Assembly (NCBI GenBank): GCA_008369845.1
Contig: MRSU01006691.1
Span: 1-40,528, forward strand
Length of the DNA stretch: 40,528 nt
Reading direction: 5' to 3'
DNA from: Trichomonas gallinae
Lineage: Eukaryota
Positions 19,730 to 30,518 of the stretch are shown here, piece after piece. A program made the translations under genes and the position numbers. The notes under the pieces were generated by a model. The model ran no database searches, was not told the DNA's origin, and was given only the letters and a program-made list of their open reading frames with translations. Within the stretch, counting starts at the first letter, position 1. Every line of letters begins with the position of its first letter.

Positions 19730-22700
19730 ATGAGCAATCAGCCGCCGAAGATGGGGATAAGAGCCACCCCATCTGAGAGCAGCTTCAACCTGGCGATGCG
19801 TGATGAGATCAACGACAAGCTTCAGGACACTTTTGACGACTTAATCGAAGATAAAATTCAGGCGATTAAGCTTAAGAAACAAAACGAAGAATTAACGAAG
19901 TCCCTAGATAAATATAAAACCATCAACCATAAAATAAAAGCTGAACTCGTCGAAAAAAACAAAAATTTAAATCTTGTTTTAAATCTTTTCGATATTCCTG
20001 ATCAAATTTCACTCGAAGATCTCGAAAAACTCGTTAAGTCAATGAAAATTCACAGCGATTTGTACAGTTTGATTGCTAAAGAATTTGGTGACAAGCCTAC
20101 ACTGAACAAAGACTATGCACCAATAATTGCCAAGCTTTTAGTGCTGTCTGCCTCGTTAAAAGACAGCCTGAAAACTGATGAAGGTGAAATTCCAGGAACG
20201 GTGAATAAATTATTAAATGATAACAAACTACTGCTCAGACAGCTTAGTGAGATCTCTCTTGCTCTTGGATGCAAGCAGTCAAATGCTGCTCTCGCAGCTG
20301 TTAAGAGTTTAATCCAATCTAAAGTAGAAATCGAAGCTTTAAATCAACAATTATCGAATCAGCTTAAAGATATGACCGTCAATTCAACAAAAAGCATATC
20401 TTCTCTCCAAAAAGAACGAGATTCCTTGAAATTACTCAAAAATTCGATTCTAACAGACTTAAACTTAGATTCAGAAAATTTAATCTTGCCAACTGTCAAA
20501 GATTTACTCCAAAAGCAGCAACTTTTGAGGTCAGCGTCGGCCAAACTCGGATGCTCTTACGATGATTTTGATAACAGATTTGCAGAAATTGTTAAAGATT
20601 ATCAATCAATGAAAAATCGTCAAAATGAGATCATTAAATCACTTGGAACGAGCCCACAACAGCTTGTATCGTCCGTTGAAGACATTTTGAAGCAAAAACA
20701 AAAACTTGAAGAAATCTCGGCGAAACTTAAAGAAGACATCAGCAAATCGAGTAGCAAGCTATCTACAGTTCAGGACGAACTCAATCAGCGCCTTAATATC
20801 ATTAAAAACTTACAAAACGAAAGAGAGCAATTATCTAACGAAATTAAACGTTTAAATGAAGAAGTAGTTGAAACAAACAGACAAAAACAAGAAACAGAAA
20901 CAATGTTGAATACTACTAAAGCAAAATTACAGCAAAATGAAAACTTGAAACAATTAATGCAGTCAGAATACGATTCTTCGCGTCAGCATGCTAATGATCT
21001 CGTTGAGAAGCTTACAGCTGATATAACAATGAAGTCTGATGAAGTCGGCAAGCTGAAATCACAAGTATCTGAATTCCAAACTAAACTTGCTCAATCTGAA
21101 GCATCAAGACAAACATTGCAAACGACTCAAGAAGCCACAAGAAAGAGAACAAATGAGCTTATTGACAATTTGCACAAAGATATCAATGCAAAAGCAGATG
21201 AAATTTCGAAACTTCAAGATAAAACATCAAACTTGCAGCGTGAAAACGAAGTAAATCAGGTCAAACTGCAGCAATCTGACATTCAAATCAAATCTCTCAC
21301 AGAAGATTTAGTTTCTACTAAAAAGAAACTAAACGAAACAAACGCGAAGATGCAAACAGATTTAAACGCTAAAGACAAGGAGATATCAAGACTCCAGAGT
21401 CAGATAGAATCAATGACTAAATCCAATGAAAATCTGAATAATCAAATAAATAATCTTGAATCTAGGACAAAACTATACGAAAAGGATGCTAAAGCATCAC
21501 AAGAAACACAGAAAGAACTCACCAACAAGCTTTCCAGCGAAATTGCGCAGAAAACTGAAGCAATTACTAAACTACAAGTTGAATTAACTGATTCCAAGCG
21601 TAAACAAGCCGATGCAGCTAATTTACTGGAGCAAACATCAAACCAGCTCAAGATCTTGCAGTCCGAATACGAAGCAGCGAAGAAGATTCACGCGCAAGCA
21701 ATAAAAGACTTGCAAACAGAAAGCAGCGAAAAAACTCAAGAAATCGGTCGATTGATGAACGATTCAGCTTCTCTTAAGCGTGCGCAGATAGCCTTAGAGA
21801 ACGCTAAACAGTCATTGCAGGCTGAATACGATGCATTCCAGCAGCATAATGGTGAAATCATCGAATCATTGAAGCAAGAAAATTCTGCGAAAGTTTTGGA
21901 AATCGCGAAACTTAAATCTGAGAACGAAGGACTAAAGAGAGTCAACGAAGACAACGGATTGAAGATCAAAGATGATGAGTCTGCAATTAATTTGTTGAAA
22001 TCAGATCTTGAAAACACAGAACAAAGAAATTCCGAGATAATTCAGAAATTAACAGATGAAATTGGTGAAAAGAACAAAGAAATCATTAATCTCACAACAA
22101 ACATCTCCGACTTATCACGTCAGAACACAGAGCTCAATGCACAGATTGCCACACTCAAGAACCAGATGTCACAGAGCGAAGCAATGCATAAAATGCTTCA
22201 GAACGAATTCGACTCGTCAAAAGAAGGAACTCAAGCAATTTTGGCGAAAGCTATTGAAGAGAGCTCAGAGAAGACGAGAGAAATCAACGAGTTGAAGATA
22301 GAACTGTCGACAACGAATGGTAAAAACGCTCAGTTGGCTGCTACAATCGAATCAATGAATTCGCAAATGTCAATTTTAACAAACGAAAATGACAAACTTA
22401 AGAAAGACAACAGTTTATCGTCAGAACAAAACGAAATCAATGTCAAAGAAATTAACGATTTGAAAGAGAAACTAAGCAGAGCTGCATCAGAAAACGTTGT
22501 CAAAGACTCAATGCTGCAAGAAAACGAGAAAATAATCAATGACTTGCAAAACAATTTGTCTAAGAAAGAACTGGCAATCAAACAATTGCAAGACCAGATG
22601 AGAAAGAACGAAAGCGAAATAGCAAGCATGAAGGCAACGCTCGAAGACCAGAAAGCAGCTGCCAATCATGAGATAATGGTCCTCAAAAACGCATGTGACG

Positions 22701-25700
22701 TCAAGGATCAACAAATTGCATCATTGAATGAACACGTTTCGACAATAAACGAGAGTTCTTTGGGTTTGGTATCAGAGCAAATCGCAGAGAAGCAGAAACT
22801 CGCTGGCCAAGTCGCTTTGATGACGGAAGACATCGCGAAAATCACTGCGCAGTTGCAGGTTGAAAAGAACGACAAAGCCAAGCTTTCGACAGCATTATCT
22901 GACAAGCAGGCGCAAATTGAGTCTCTGCAGAATATCATTGACGAGCAGAACTCCAATATACAGAAGAACGCGAAGAAAATTGCTGAATTGCAGGCTGACA
23001 TTGGAAAGAACAAGATATCTCATGAAAATGAAATCTCTGAAATGAAACTAAATCACGCGAAAGAAATTTCTGACATTAAAGCTGAACACATCAAAGCTAG
23101 AACAGATCTTGACTCAAGTTCAAAGAGTGCAATAGAACTACTCAAGAGTGAGCACAAGAAACAGCTCGAAGCTCAAAATGAAGCAGCTCAGCAAAAACTT
23201 GACAAACTCGTTGAACAGCAGCAACAAACTTTGGCTGAAAAACAGCAGGAAATCTCAGATCTCAAAGAAAAATACCAGCATGAAATCGCTGACATTCAGA
23301 TGGCTTTTCGCAATGAGATTGATACCCTCAAATCAGAAAACGCCAAAGAAATCAACGAATTAAATGACAAGCATCAAAAAGAAATTTCCGATCTACAGAT
23401 TTCTTCTAGAAATGAAATCAACGAACTCAAGAAGGCTAAAATCAAAGAAATTGCTGAGATCAATGATAACCACCACCAAGAGTTGATCGCTTTGCAGGAA
23501 TCATCGAGGAATGAATACAATAACCTGCAGAATGCCAAGATTAAAGAAATCGGTGAAATTAATGACAAACATTCGAACGAACTCAAAGAAATTCAACTCA
23601 ATCTCAGAAATGAAATCGATGAAATGCAAGAACAACATGCTAAAGAAATTTCTGACTTGAATGATAAGCATCTACAAGAAGTCACAGCGCTTCAGGCTAA
23701 TCACAGAAAGGAATACAATGCTTTGCAATCATCGAAAGCAAGAGAAATTGCTGACTTGAAGGAAAAGCATCACCAAGAAATTCTGGATATGCAAAACAAC
23801 ATGAGAGAAGAGATTAGTAACATGAATGCTGCTAAACAGAAAGAGATTGCTGAACTCAAACAGAAGCATCGCGGTGAAATAGAAGCACAGCAAAATACAT
23901 CGCGAGCAGAAAATGAAAGAAATGAGGCTGAAATGCAGAAACTCAAGGAGAAGCATCTCAAAGAAATCTCAGATATTCAAAACTCTTCGAGGAGCGAAAT
24001 CGATGACATCAAGGCTGCAAAGCTTAAAGAGATCAGTGACTTGAAGGAGAAGCATAGATTGGACGTTGAATCAATACAAATCGCAAACAGAGCAGAAATC
24101 GATTCAATAACAACAGCAAATGCAAAAGAAATTCAAGATTTGAACGAGAAGCATCATAGAGAAATTCTTGCGATGCAAGCTTCAAGCAGGGCTGAGCTTG
24201 ATAACATCCAAAAGACAAAACAAGCTGAAATTAATTCATTGATGATGCAGAGACAAAAAGAAACAAATGAAAGTGAAAAAATCAAGAATGATCTTACGAA
24301 CAAAGCCACCCAGCTTGAGATTGAGAACTCAACATTGAAGTCCAAGATGCAGTCAATATCTCAACAAATCAGAGACACATCAAGAGAACTCTCTGAAATG
24401 CAGAATGAATTCGATAACAGGTCAAAGATTTACGACGATAGTTTGGCAATTTTAAGAAACTCATTAGAAAAGATCAGAATCATTCTTGGTATGCCGCAAT
24501 CATCTACACCACAAGAAATCGCTGAATCCGTTGATAATCTCATGAAGAACTTCGCCAAGCATCAGCTTGAAGTCTGCAGAGCCCTCGAAATTCCTAAGCG
24601 TTCTCCACTCAAAGAAATTCGCGGAAGAATCAGCGAACTTAATTCATGCGCGAACTCCGTCAGAGATATTTCAACAAGTTTCGGCATCTCTGGATCTCCG
24701 CGTGCTATAAGTGATCATATCAGATCTCTTCAAGGAGTTTGCAAGAAACTGGAAAGTGAAGTAAGAAAACGTGACACTCAACTCTCAAGCATTGCTATTT
24801 CTGTTGGTGCTCGCGATCCAGCAGATATCGAGGAACAAATTCACACCATTGTCGACGAAAATGAGTCATTAAGGACCGAGATAGATGTGAGCCAGATGAA
24901 CAATAAATCGATTTGCGCTACACTGGGAGTGGAAGATGATACAAATGTCGACAGATTCATCGACAAAGTCATCAGAGAAAAGAACTCGATGGCAAGATCA
25001 GCAAAGAAACTCGCTGACTTGGTTGGCGTCGAATATGATGAGAATGATCAAAACAACAGCTCCGCAGTTGTCTACCAAAGAGTTGCTGCGATGCAGAGAA
25101 CTCAATCACAACTTGAAAAGATTCTCGGAACAGACCAAATCGAAGATACAGTCGATGAATTGCACAAACAAAGCGAAGAACTTAATTCGATATTCAAGCA
25201 GAATGATGAGGAAGGCAGTGTTGTTTACGCGGCAAGTTCTCAGAAGGAAGCTGTTTCTCAGCTTTTGTCTAAGAATCAAAATCTTTCAACACAAATCAAC
25301 GAAATCGGAAACCTCATGAATGTTCAGTCATTCGGTGATATTAAACGTGGCATTCAGTTCTTGATCGCAGAGAACGAAAGATTGTCTCAATTAGAAGCAG
25401 ATAGCGCTAAACTCAGACAAGAAATCGCAGACATAATAGATGAGCCAGGAATTTTGGATACAACGAACAATGAAGCTGTTTTAGCTGCAGTAAGAGAAAT
25501 CAAATCTTCTCAATTAGCAGTCAAAGAATCATTGGATGGACAGAACAAACTGCTTTCTAAGGCTCTTGGAGTCAAAGGAAGGACACCTGAGTCACTCGCG
25601 AAAGCAATCATTGAGCTAAGAAAGCGCGAAAAGGAAACGAAAGATTTGCTGCAGAGGCATAATGAGATGACATTTGGAATCGCTAAGATGCTTGGAATTC

Positions 25701-26449
25701 AATATGAAAACGACAAGCAAACTTACGGAGAAATCGAATTAGCAGTTGGCAAATTATTGAGCAGCACAAACATCCTCAAAGACAAGATAGGAGAAGCAGT
25801 TGGCCTCGCTCCATCATTGAGAGAAGCTCCATCAATTGCAAATGAAGTCAGAAAACTCAATGAAGCTGCAAAAGACGCTGATTCTCTTCGCAAAGTTGTA
25901 GGAGAGCTCGAAAAGCACAAACAAGAGCTTCAGAGGATCGCTTTCAGACCGAAGAAGAGCTCATCAGCTCAAACAGATCCACTGAGAGATGAAATGTCGC
26001 CAATTATTCATCAACAAGCAGAAGAACTCAGAGAAGCGAGAAACTTAATTCACAAACAAGAAAACGAATACGCGAGATCAGTTGAAGAAGTCACAATACT
26101 CAAGAACGCCTTGTCTTCTATATACGATGCCATAGGAAGTGGCGTTGGAACTCCAAGAGAAGCTGTTTACGAAATAGGAAGACTTAGGATGTCCCAGAAA
26201 GATTTGTCGAAGACAGTCTTGGAATACCAGAAGGTGCCAATTCCCGCCTCGGCGCTTTCTGAGTATCAAAAAGCACAGATGGCTCATTTAGTGGCACAGT
26301 CAGACAAATTATACAGACAAACAACTAATTTGAAAGAGCAGGTTACTCCAGGAAAAACACCAAAGACAGCTTACAGCATAGCTACAAGAGGAATGATGGA
26401 TACTCCTAGGAGATCACCATTAAGTCAGAGAAAGTATCAAGATTTTTAA
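19730..26449 (+). CDS. Giant coiled-coil structural protein (2239 aa)
   Basis: Uninterrupted ORF, K/E/Q/L-rich and helical throughout, with internal 53-aa and 33-aa (3x11) periodicities. Confidence 0.92.
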   Translation: MSNQPPKMGIRATPSESSFNLAMRDEINDKLQDTFDDLIEDKIQAIKLKKQNEELTKSLDKYKTINHKIKAELVEKNKNLNLVLNLFDIPDQISLEDLEKLVKSMKIHSDLYSLIAKEFGDKPTLNKDYAPIIAKLLVLSASLKDSLKTDEGEIPGTVNKLLNDNKLLLRQLSEISLALGCKQSNAALAAVKSLIQSKVEIEALNQQLSNQLKDMTVNSTKSISSLQKERDSLKLLKNSILTDLNLDSENLILPTVKDLLQKQQLLRSASAKLGCSYDDFDNRFAEIVKDYQSMKNRQNEIIKSLGTSPQQLVSSVEDILKQKQKLEEISAKLKEDISKSSSKLSTVQDELNQRLNIIKNLQNEREQLSNEIKRLNEEVVETNRQKQETETMLNTTKAKLQQNENLKQLMQSEYDSSRQHANDLVEKLTADITMKSDEVGKLKSQVSEFQTKLAQSEASRQTLQTTQEATRKRTNELIDNLHKDINAKADEISKLQDKTSNLQRENEVNQVKLQQSDIQIKSLTEDLVSTKKKLNETNAKMQTDLNAKDKEISRLQSQIESMTKSNENLNNQINNLESRTKLYEKDAKASQETQKELTNKLSSEIAQKTEAITKLQVELTDSKRKQADAANLLEQTSNQLKILQSEYEAAKKIHAQAIKDLQTESSEKTQEIGRLMNDSASLKRAQIALENAKQSLQAEYDAFQQHNGEIIESLKQENSAKVLEIAKLKSENEGLKRVNEDNGLKIKDDESAINLLKSDLENTEQRNSEIIQKLTDEIGEKNKEIINLTTNISDLSRQNTELNAQIATLKNQMSQSEAMHKMLQNEFDSSKEGTQAILAKAIEESSEKTREINELKIELSTTNGKNAQLAATIESMNSQMSILTNENDKLKKDNSLSSEQNEINVKEINDLKEKLSRAASENVVKDSMLQENEKIINDLQNNLSKKELAIKQLQDQMRKNESEIASMKATLEDQKAAANHEIMVLKNACDVKDQQIASLNEHVSTINESSLGLVSEQIAEKQKLAGQVALMTEDIAKITAQLQVEKNDKAKLSTALSDKQAQIESLQNIIDEQNSNIQKNAKKIAELQADIGKNKISHENEISEMKLNHAKEISDIKAEHIKARTDLDSSSKSAIELLKSEHKKQLEAQNEAAQQKLDKLVEQQQQTLAEKQQEISDLKEKYQHEIADIQMAFRNEIDTLKSENAKEINELNDKHQKEISDLQISSRNEINELKKAKIKEIAEINDNHHQELIALQESSRNEYNNLQNAKIKEIGEINDKHSNELKEIQLNLRNEIDEMQEQHAKEISDLNDKHLQEVTALQANHRKEYNALQSSKAREIADLKEKHHQEILDMQNNMREEISNMNAAKQKEIAELKQKHRGEIEAQQNTSRAENERNEAEMQKLKEKHLKEISDIQNSSRSEIDDIKAAKLKEISDLKEKHRLDVESIQIANRAEIDSITTANAKEIQDLNEKHHREILAMQASSRAELDNIQKTKQAEINSLMMQRQKETNESEKIKNDLTNKATQLEIENSTLKSKMQSISQQIRDTSRELSEMQNEFDNRSKIYDDSLAILRNSLEKIRIILGMPQSSTPQEIAESVDNLMKNFAKHQLEVCRALEIPKRSPLKEIRGRISELNSCANSVRDISTSFGISGSPRAISDHIRSLQGVCKKLESEVRKRDTQLSSIAISVGARDPADIEEQIHTIVDENESLRTEIDVSQMNNKSICATLGVEDDTNVDRFIDKVIREKNSMARSAKKLADLVGVEYDENDQNNSSAVVYQRVAAMQRTQSQLEKILGTDQIEDTVDELHKQSEELNSIFKQNDEEGSVVYAASSQKEAVSQLLSKNQNLSTQINEIGNLMNVQSFGDIKRGIQFLIAENERLSQLEADSAKLRQEIADIIDEPGILDTTNNEAVLAAVREIKSSQLAVKESLDGQNKLLSKALGVKGRTPESLAKAIIELRKREKETKDLLQRHNEMTFGIAKMLGIQYENDKQTYGEIELAVGKLLSSTNILKDKIGEAVGLAPSLREAPSIANEVRKLNEAAKDADSLRKVVGELEKHKQELQRIAFRPKKSSSAQTDPLRDEMSPIIHQQAEELREARNLIHKQENEYARSVEEVTILKNALSSIYDAIGSGVGTPREAVYEIGRLRMSQKDLSKTVLEYQKVPIPASALSEYQKAQMAHLVAQSDKLYRQTTNLKEQVTPGKTPKTAYSIATRGMMDTPRRSPLSQRKYQDF

Positions 26450-26822
26450 TCTTTTTTGTTATTTATTTTAAACGAGAAAATTATTCATTTATATCAAAAC
26501 ATCTTGAAAATTAACATCAAATTCCATTCTTCACATAACAAAATCACAACAAAATTCAATCAATATTTAATTTATATTAAGAACAAACTTGCTAGACAGT
26601 TTGTGTACATTTGCATAGTTATTTTGATGGTTATTTCTAGTTCAATATGAGATTTTTGATAATTTTTAAAAATCTGTTTTTTGGATGATTCCATGAAGTA
26701 AAATGAAATTTGCTAGAAAAAACGGAGCTGTAGCTAAAGTTCGAATTTTTAAAAAACAATATTTAATTTTGAAATTAAAAGCTAAATGATTGCGAACAAA
26801 GAACAAAATAAGCACAATGGGT

Positions 26823-27452
26823 TTAGCATCTGCATCCCTGTTTGCTTGTTGTTTCACTCGGTTTATTATCAAGTTCACCAATTGTAGCTGGGGCGTTGGA
26901 AATCGATATGTCTCCTGTTTTAATGCCATCGTAGATAGCTTTTGCGACTTGGTAGAAACATTCGTTAATATTGCTTCCGGTTTTTGCAGAAGATTCGATA
27001 TATTGAAGGCTGCGACCTTCTGAAAATTTCCGAATTTCATCTTGTGTGATGGTTCTGGCGTCTGTCAAATCGGATTTGTTGCCAACTAAAATCATATGTG
27101 CTTTTGGATGGCAATACTGGCTCACATCTGAGATCCATTCTTCTAATTTTTCGAAAGAAACGTGGTCTGTTAGAGAAAAAACGAGTAACACGCCGATTGC
27201 ATTTCGATAATATGCTTTACCGACAGATCTGTATTTTTCTTGGCCCGCTGTATCCCAAATTTGAAGCTTGACTTGGTTTCCGTCAATATCGAAGAGCTTG
27301 GTCATGAACTCCACACCAATTGTTGTTTCTGGATTCGAAATGAAGTCTCCACGACAAAGTCTGCGAACTATTGATGTTTTTCCGACGTTGCCGTTTCCAA
27401 CGAGAAGGAATTTGAAAGTGAGACGAGCCTGTTGCTGCTGCTTCGAAGACAT
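26823..27452 (-). CDS. Rab family small GTPase (Rab2/4/11/14-like group)
   Basis: GNGNVGKT P-loop, TTIGVEF, WDTAGQE, YYRNA, GNKSD, ESSAK and a C-terminal CRC prenylation motif. Confidence 0.96.
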   Translation of the reverse strand: MSSKQQQQARLTFKFLLVGNGNVGKTSIVRRLCRGDFISNPETTIGVEFMTKLFDIDGNQVKLQIWDTAGQEKYRSVGKAYYRNAIGVLLVFSLTDHVSFEKLEEWISDVSQYCHPKAHMILVGNKSDLTDARTITQDEIRKFSEGRSLQYIESSAKTGSNINECFYQVAKAIYDGIKTGDISISNAPATIGELDNKPSETTSKQGCRC

Positions 27453-27599
27453 ACTTCGTAAATAGGCTAAAATAGGGGCCGAAAAAAATAAACGGGGATT
27501 TAATTGGGAAAATTCTGTGAAATTCTCAAAATATGATTCACTAACATTCAGGGATGAAAATTTTGAGGAAATTTCTTAATTTATTGTTAATAGGAAATT

Positions 27600-27776
27600 T
27601 GTCGTGTAATGTGTCGTATTTCGGAAATAATTTGTCATGTAATATATTATATTATATATTATATTATATATTATATTTTATATTATATTTTGAGAATAAT
27701 TTGACGTGTAATGTGTCATATTTCATAAGTATTTGCCATGTAATGAGAATAATTTTAATTAAATTTGTCATGTAAA
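27600..27776 (-). repeat. Cluster C of the TTTAYDTGDCA-like motif on the minus strand, interrupted by a TATAT-type microsatellite
   Basis: tgtcgtgtaat 27600, tgtcatgtaat 27633, tgacgtgtaat 27702, tgccatgtaat 27734 and tgtcatgtaaa 27766. A/T-only run at about 27643-27690. Confidence 0.8.
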
Positions 27777-28064
27777 GTTGACTTATAAGGTTAATCTATA
27801 ATCATGAAAATTGATTAAATTTAAAGACTAACAAACATCATAGACAGAGATATTTGGTTCTATCGAAGCGTATTATCATTCAAATTGTTCAATTTTGGAA
27901 ATCAAATTATCTTATTACTGATATCGTTTTTATGATGAAATACTTGTTATAATTTCATATTTGTGATGTAACGCAGAATATTATAATATAAACAAATCAA
28001 TCTAATTCTAATATATCAGCATTAGTTATAAAGATAATGTGAATTTGATTACTTTACATAATTT

Positions 28065-29441
28065 TTACATTAATTTTGGTTTCGCGCTTTTCAAACACAA
28101 GTCAATATTTGCGAATCTTTCATCTGCTGATGCAGGTTTGACAAAAACAAGTGAAAAAACAGGATCATGAGTCAATGTCGCAAAGTTTGCCCTCTCGATC
28201 CTGGAAATGAGGACCATAACCGGTAAACCGCTTCTTGCAGCTTTGCAATCCGCAGATTGCTGGAAGCTTCTTGGCAAATAAGCCAACAATGGTTCAGCAA
28301 ATATCATAACAGTCCAATAGAACCCGAAAACTACAAGCAACGTTGGCGAAATAGTTTTTCCATTTCTAATATGAAACTCTTTGATACCAGCTGAATCAAC
28401 TACTTTGTACAATAATGCGAATAAAATCGGCTTGAATAGTCCAACAAAGAAAATAACAATGTTGGCACGATTTTCATATAAATTATCAAGGAAAACAGCT
28501 GCCGCTCTGAGCTCTTCTGGCGCAGCTTTCCTTAAAATAGTTCCTGATATAACTTTTTTAGGGAAAAATGTGCCTAATAACTCCAATCTGTAGAAATTAT
28601 CAACTTCATTCGTTGAAACTAAAATATTTTCATTTCTTTTATCATTTAACATGAATGTAAAGTTTGTAAATTGCGTCTGTAATTTGTGCTGATCAACATA
28701 TGCAGCAGATTTTTGTAATGGAATAAATATTCTGTAATAAAGCGGATAAAAGATATAACCTATTATATATAAAGCTATGAGTATTCCACCAATATACATC
28801 CATGTTGGAGACTTCTGAAATGCAGATTTAGTTGGATCAATTAGTTCTTCTGGTTCTGGTTCGATTTCTTCTAGCTCCTGAAGATCTACATCTGCTAAAT
28901 TGTCAAGTTTTGGCTCAGCATCCAAGTCTGCATCTTGATTATCTTCAATCATAATTTTTTGCGTCGTTGGTTGAGCAAAACGGTTCCCTATTGCTACCGA
29001 TGGTATAATGAATAGTGTGTAAGCAATACAATTGAAAATATACTTCAAAATAAGGTCTTTGAAAAATCTTACATTTGATCCAGAGTAAAAATGTGTTGGA
29101 ACATCATTATAGTAATGTTGGTAGAGTTGCGATGGTAATTTGATGATTATTTGATGAATGTTGAAGAATAAATATGCAAATAAGTATTCAGATCTGATCG
29201 CTTTCCAAATCGGACGAATGTTCCACACGAAAATGAGCAAACCAAATGATAATATGGCATTTTCGTAGAACATAGGCAAAACTTTCGTCTTCCAATAATT
29301 TACTGATTCAGTTTCTGCTTTAATTGAAACGAATTTAGCGCCAATTTTCTGTAGATGGAAGATCTCTGTCGTGAATATGAATGTTATGGATGCAAATCCC
29401 ATAAAAATCACAAACAGAGTCAACTGTTTCAGATTCACCAT
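28065..29441 (-). CDS. Multi-pass membrane protein resembling CAAX prenyl protease Ste24 (peptidase M48) but lacking HEXXH
   Basis: About 7 hydrophobic helices. Segments LPSQLYQHYYNDVPTHF...FFKDLILK, EELRAAAV, RSFQQSADCKA and ANFATLTHDPVFSLVFVKPASADERF occur in the order of the Ste24 motifs (recognised by eye). Confidence 0.7.
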   Translation of the reverse strand: MVNLKQLTLFVIFMGFASITFIFTTEIFHLQKIGAKFVSIKAETESVNYWKTKVLPMFYENAILSFGLLIFVWNIRPIWKAIRSEYLFAYLFFNIHQIIIKLPSQLYQHYYNDVPTHFYSGSNVRFFKDLILKYIFNCIAYTLFIIPSVAIGNRFAQPTTQKIMIEDNQDADLDAEPKLDNLADVDLQELEEIEPEPEELIDPTKSAFQKSPTWMYIGGILIALYIIGYIFYPLYYRIFIPLQKSAAYVDQHKLQTQFTNFTFMLNDKRNENILVSTNEVDNFYRLELLGTFFPKKVISGTILRKAAPEELRAAAVFLDNLYENRANIVIFFVGLFKPILFALLYKVVDSAGIKEFHIRNGKTISPTLLVVFGFYWTVMIFAEPLLAYLPRSFQQSADCKAARSGLPVMVLISRIERANFATLTHDPVFSLVFVKPASADERFANIDLCLKSAKPKLM

Positions 29442-29885
29442 AATTTTTTTTTCTAAAATTACGAAATCACGAAATGTCTGATTTTATTTTAGAAACAGTC
29501 ATATTTTTGGCTAAACACTGGAACATTTTGACTTTTGTATTCAATTCGAATAGATATAAAATATCAAAATTTCAAAATCAATTTTTAAACTAATCATTGG
29601 TTGCCAATAAACTCTATAGAAACTTCACATCAAATTCTTAAAATTGAAATATATTATTTAAGCATTTGATTTCTCAAAAATAAAAAAATTTTATTTTTAC
29701 TGCATCTTATCTTGGATAACAGATATGAAGTAATATAATGTAGCTTTTAAAGTAATCGATGAGTAAATTATTATCCTCAATCATATCATTTCAAATTTCA
29801 AGATATGTTATAAGCTATTTCTTTGCTGAATATGATATATGTTGTAGATTAGTGGATTTATTATCCAACAAAAAACAATTTAGTA

Positions 29886-30518
29886 TTATTGAGCCTGATT
29901 AATTTGATTAAATTTCTGTTTCAATTCTTCTTGTTCTTTTTCTAATTCAACAATCTTATTCTTAGCATCTTCGATATTTTTAATGATATCCTGGGCCTTT
30001 TCTTCGAGTTTGGTTTTCTCTGCTTCATCTTTAGCCTGTTCTATTTGATCAAAAACGTTTAAAGCAACTTGTTCGTATTGTTTAATGATTAGATTCTGGT
30101 TTGCTATGTCTGTACCAATGTTCTTCATTCTCTGTTGAGAAATCAATTGGAATCTTTCCTCTTCTTCCTTCTTTTGGGTAGTTTCTATTTCTTTCTTGAC
30201 TTCTGTAGCTATCTTTTTCACGAATTCCATATCAGCAGCGTCTGCTAAGTGAGATTCAGATTGAGCTGGATTTCTATGGTATTTGATAAATACAAATCTA
30301 TTGTTTTGATAAGCTTCTGGTGAATGGTATGCTTTTGTAGCCTCTTCTACTGAAGAATATCCTATTGTTGCCACTTTCTGATTGCACCAAATACTTTTAA
30401 TGTGGCCATAACGCTTAAAATGCTTGAATAACAGCGGAATTTTGTTTATATTTTCTGGTATGTTGTACACAAAAAGTGTATCAGCGGGTTTCTCTTGTTG
30501 ACGTGGAGGTCGAGACAT
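29886..30518 (-). CDS. RRM-domain RNA-binding protein (RBM26/27-like RRM) with a C-terminal coiled coil
   Basis: TLFVYNIPENINKIPLLFKHFKRYG...ATIGYSSVEEATKAYHSPEAYQNNRFVFIKYH. Likely start MSRPPRQ at 30518; an alternative in-frame ATG lies at 30551. Confidence 0.85.
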   Translation of the reverse strand: MSRPPRQQEKPADTLFVYNIPENINKIPLLFKHFKRYGHIKSIWCNQKVATIGYSSVEEATKAYHSPEAYQNNRFVFIKYHRNPAQSESHLADAADMEFVKKIATEVKKEIETTQKKEEEERFQLISQQRMKNIGTDIANQNLIIKQYEQVALNVFDQIEQAKDEAEKTKLEEKAQDIIKNIEDAKNKIVELEKEQEELKQKFNQINQAQ

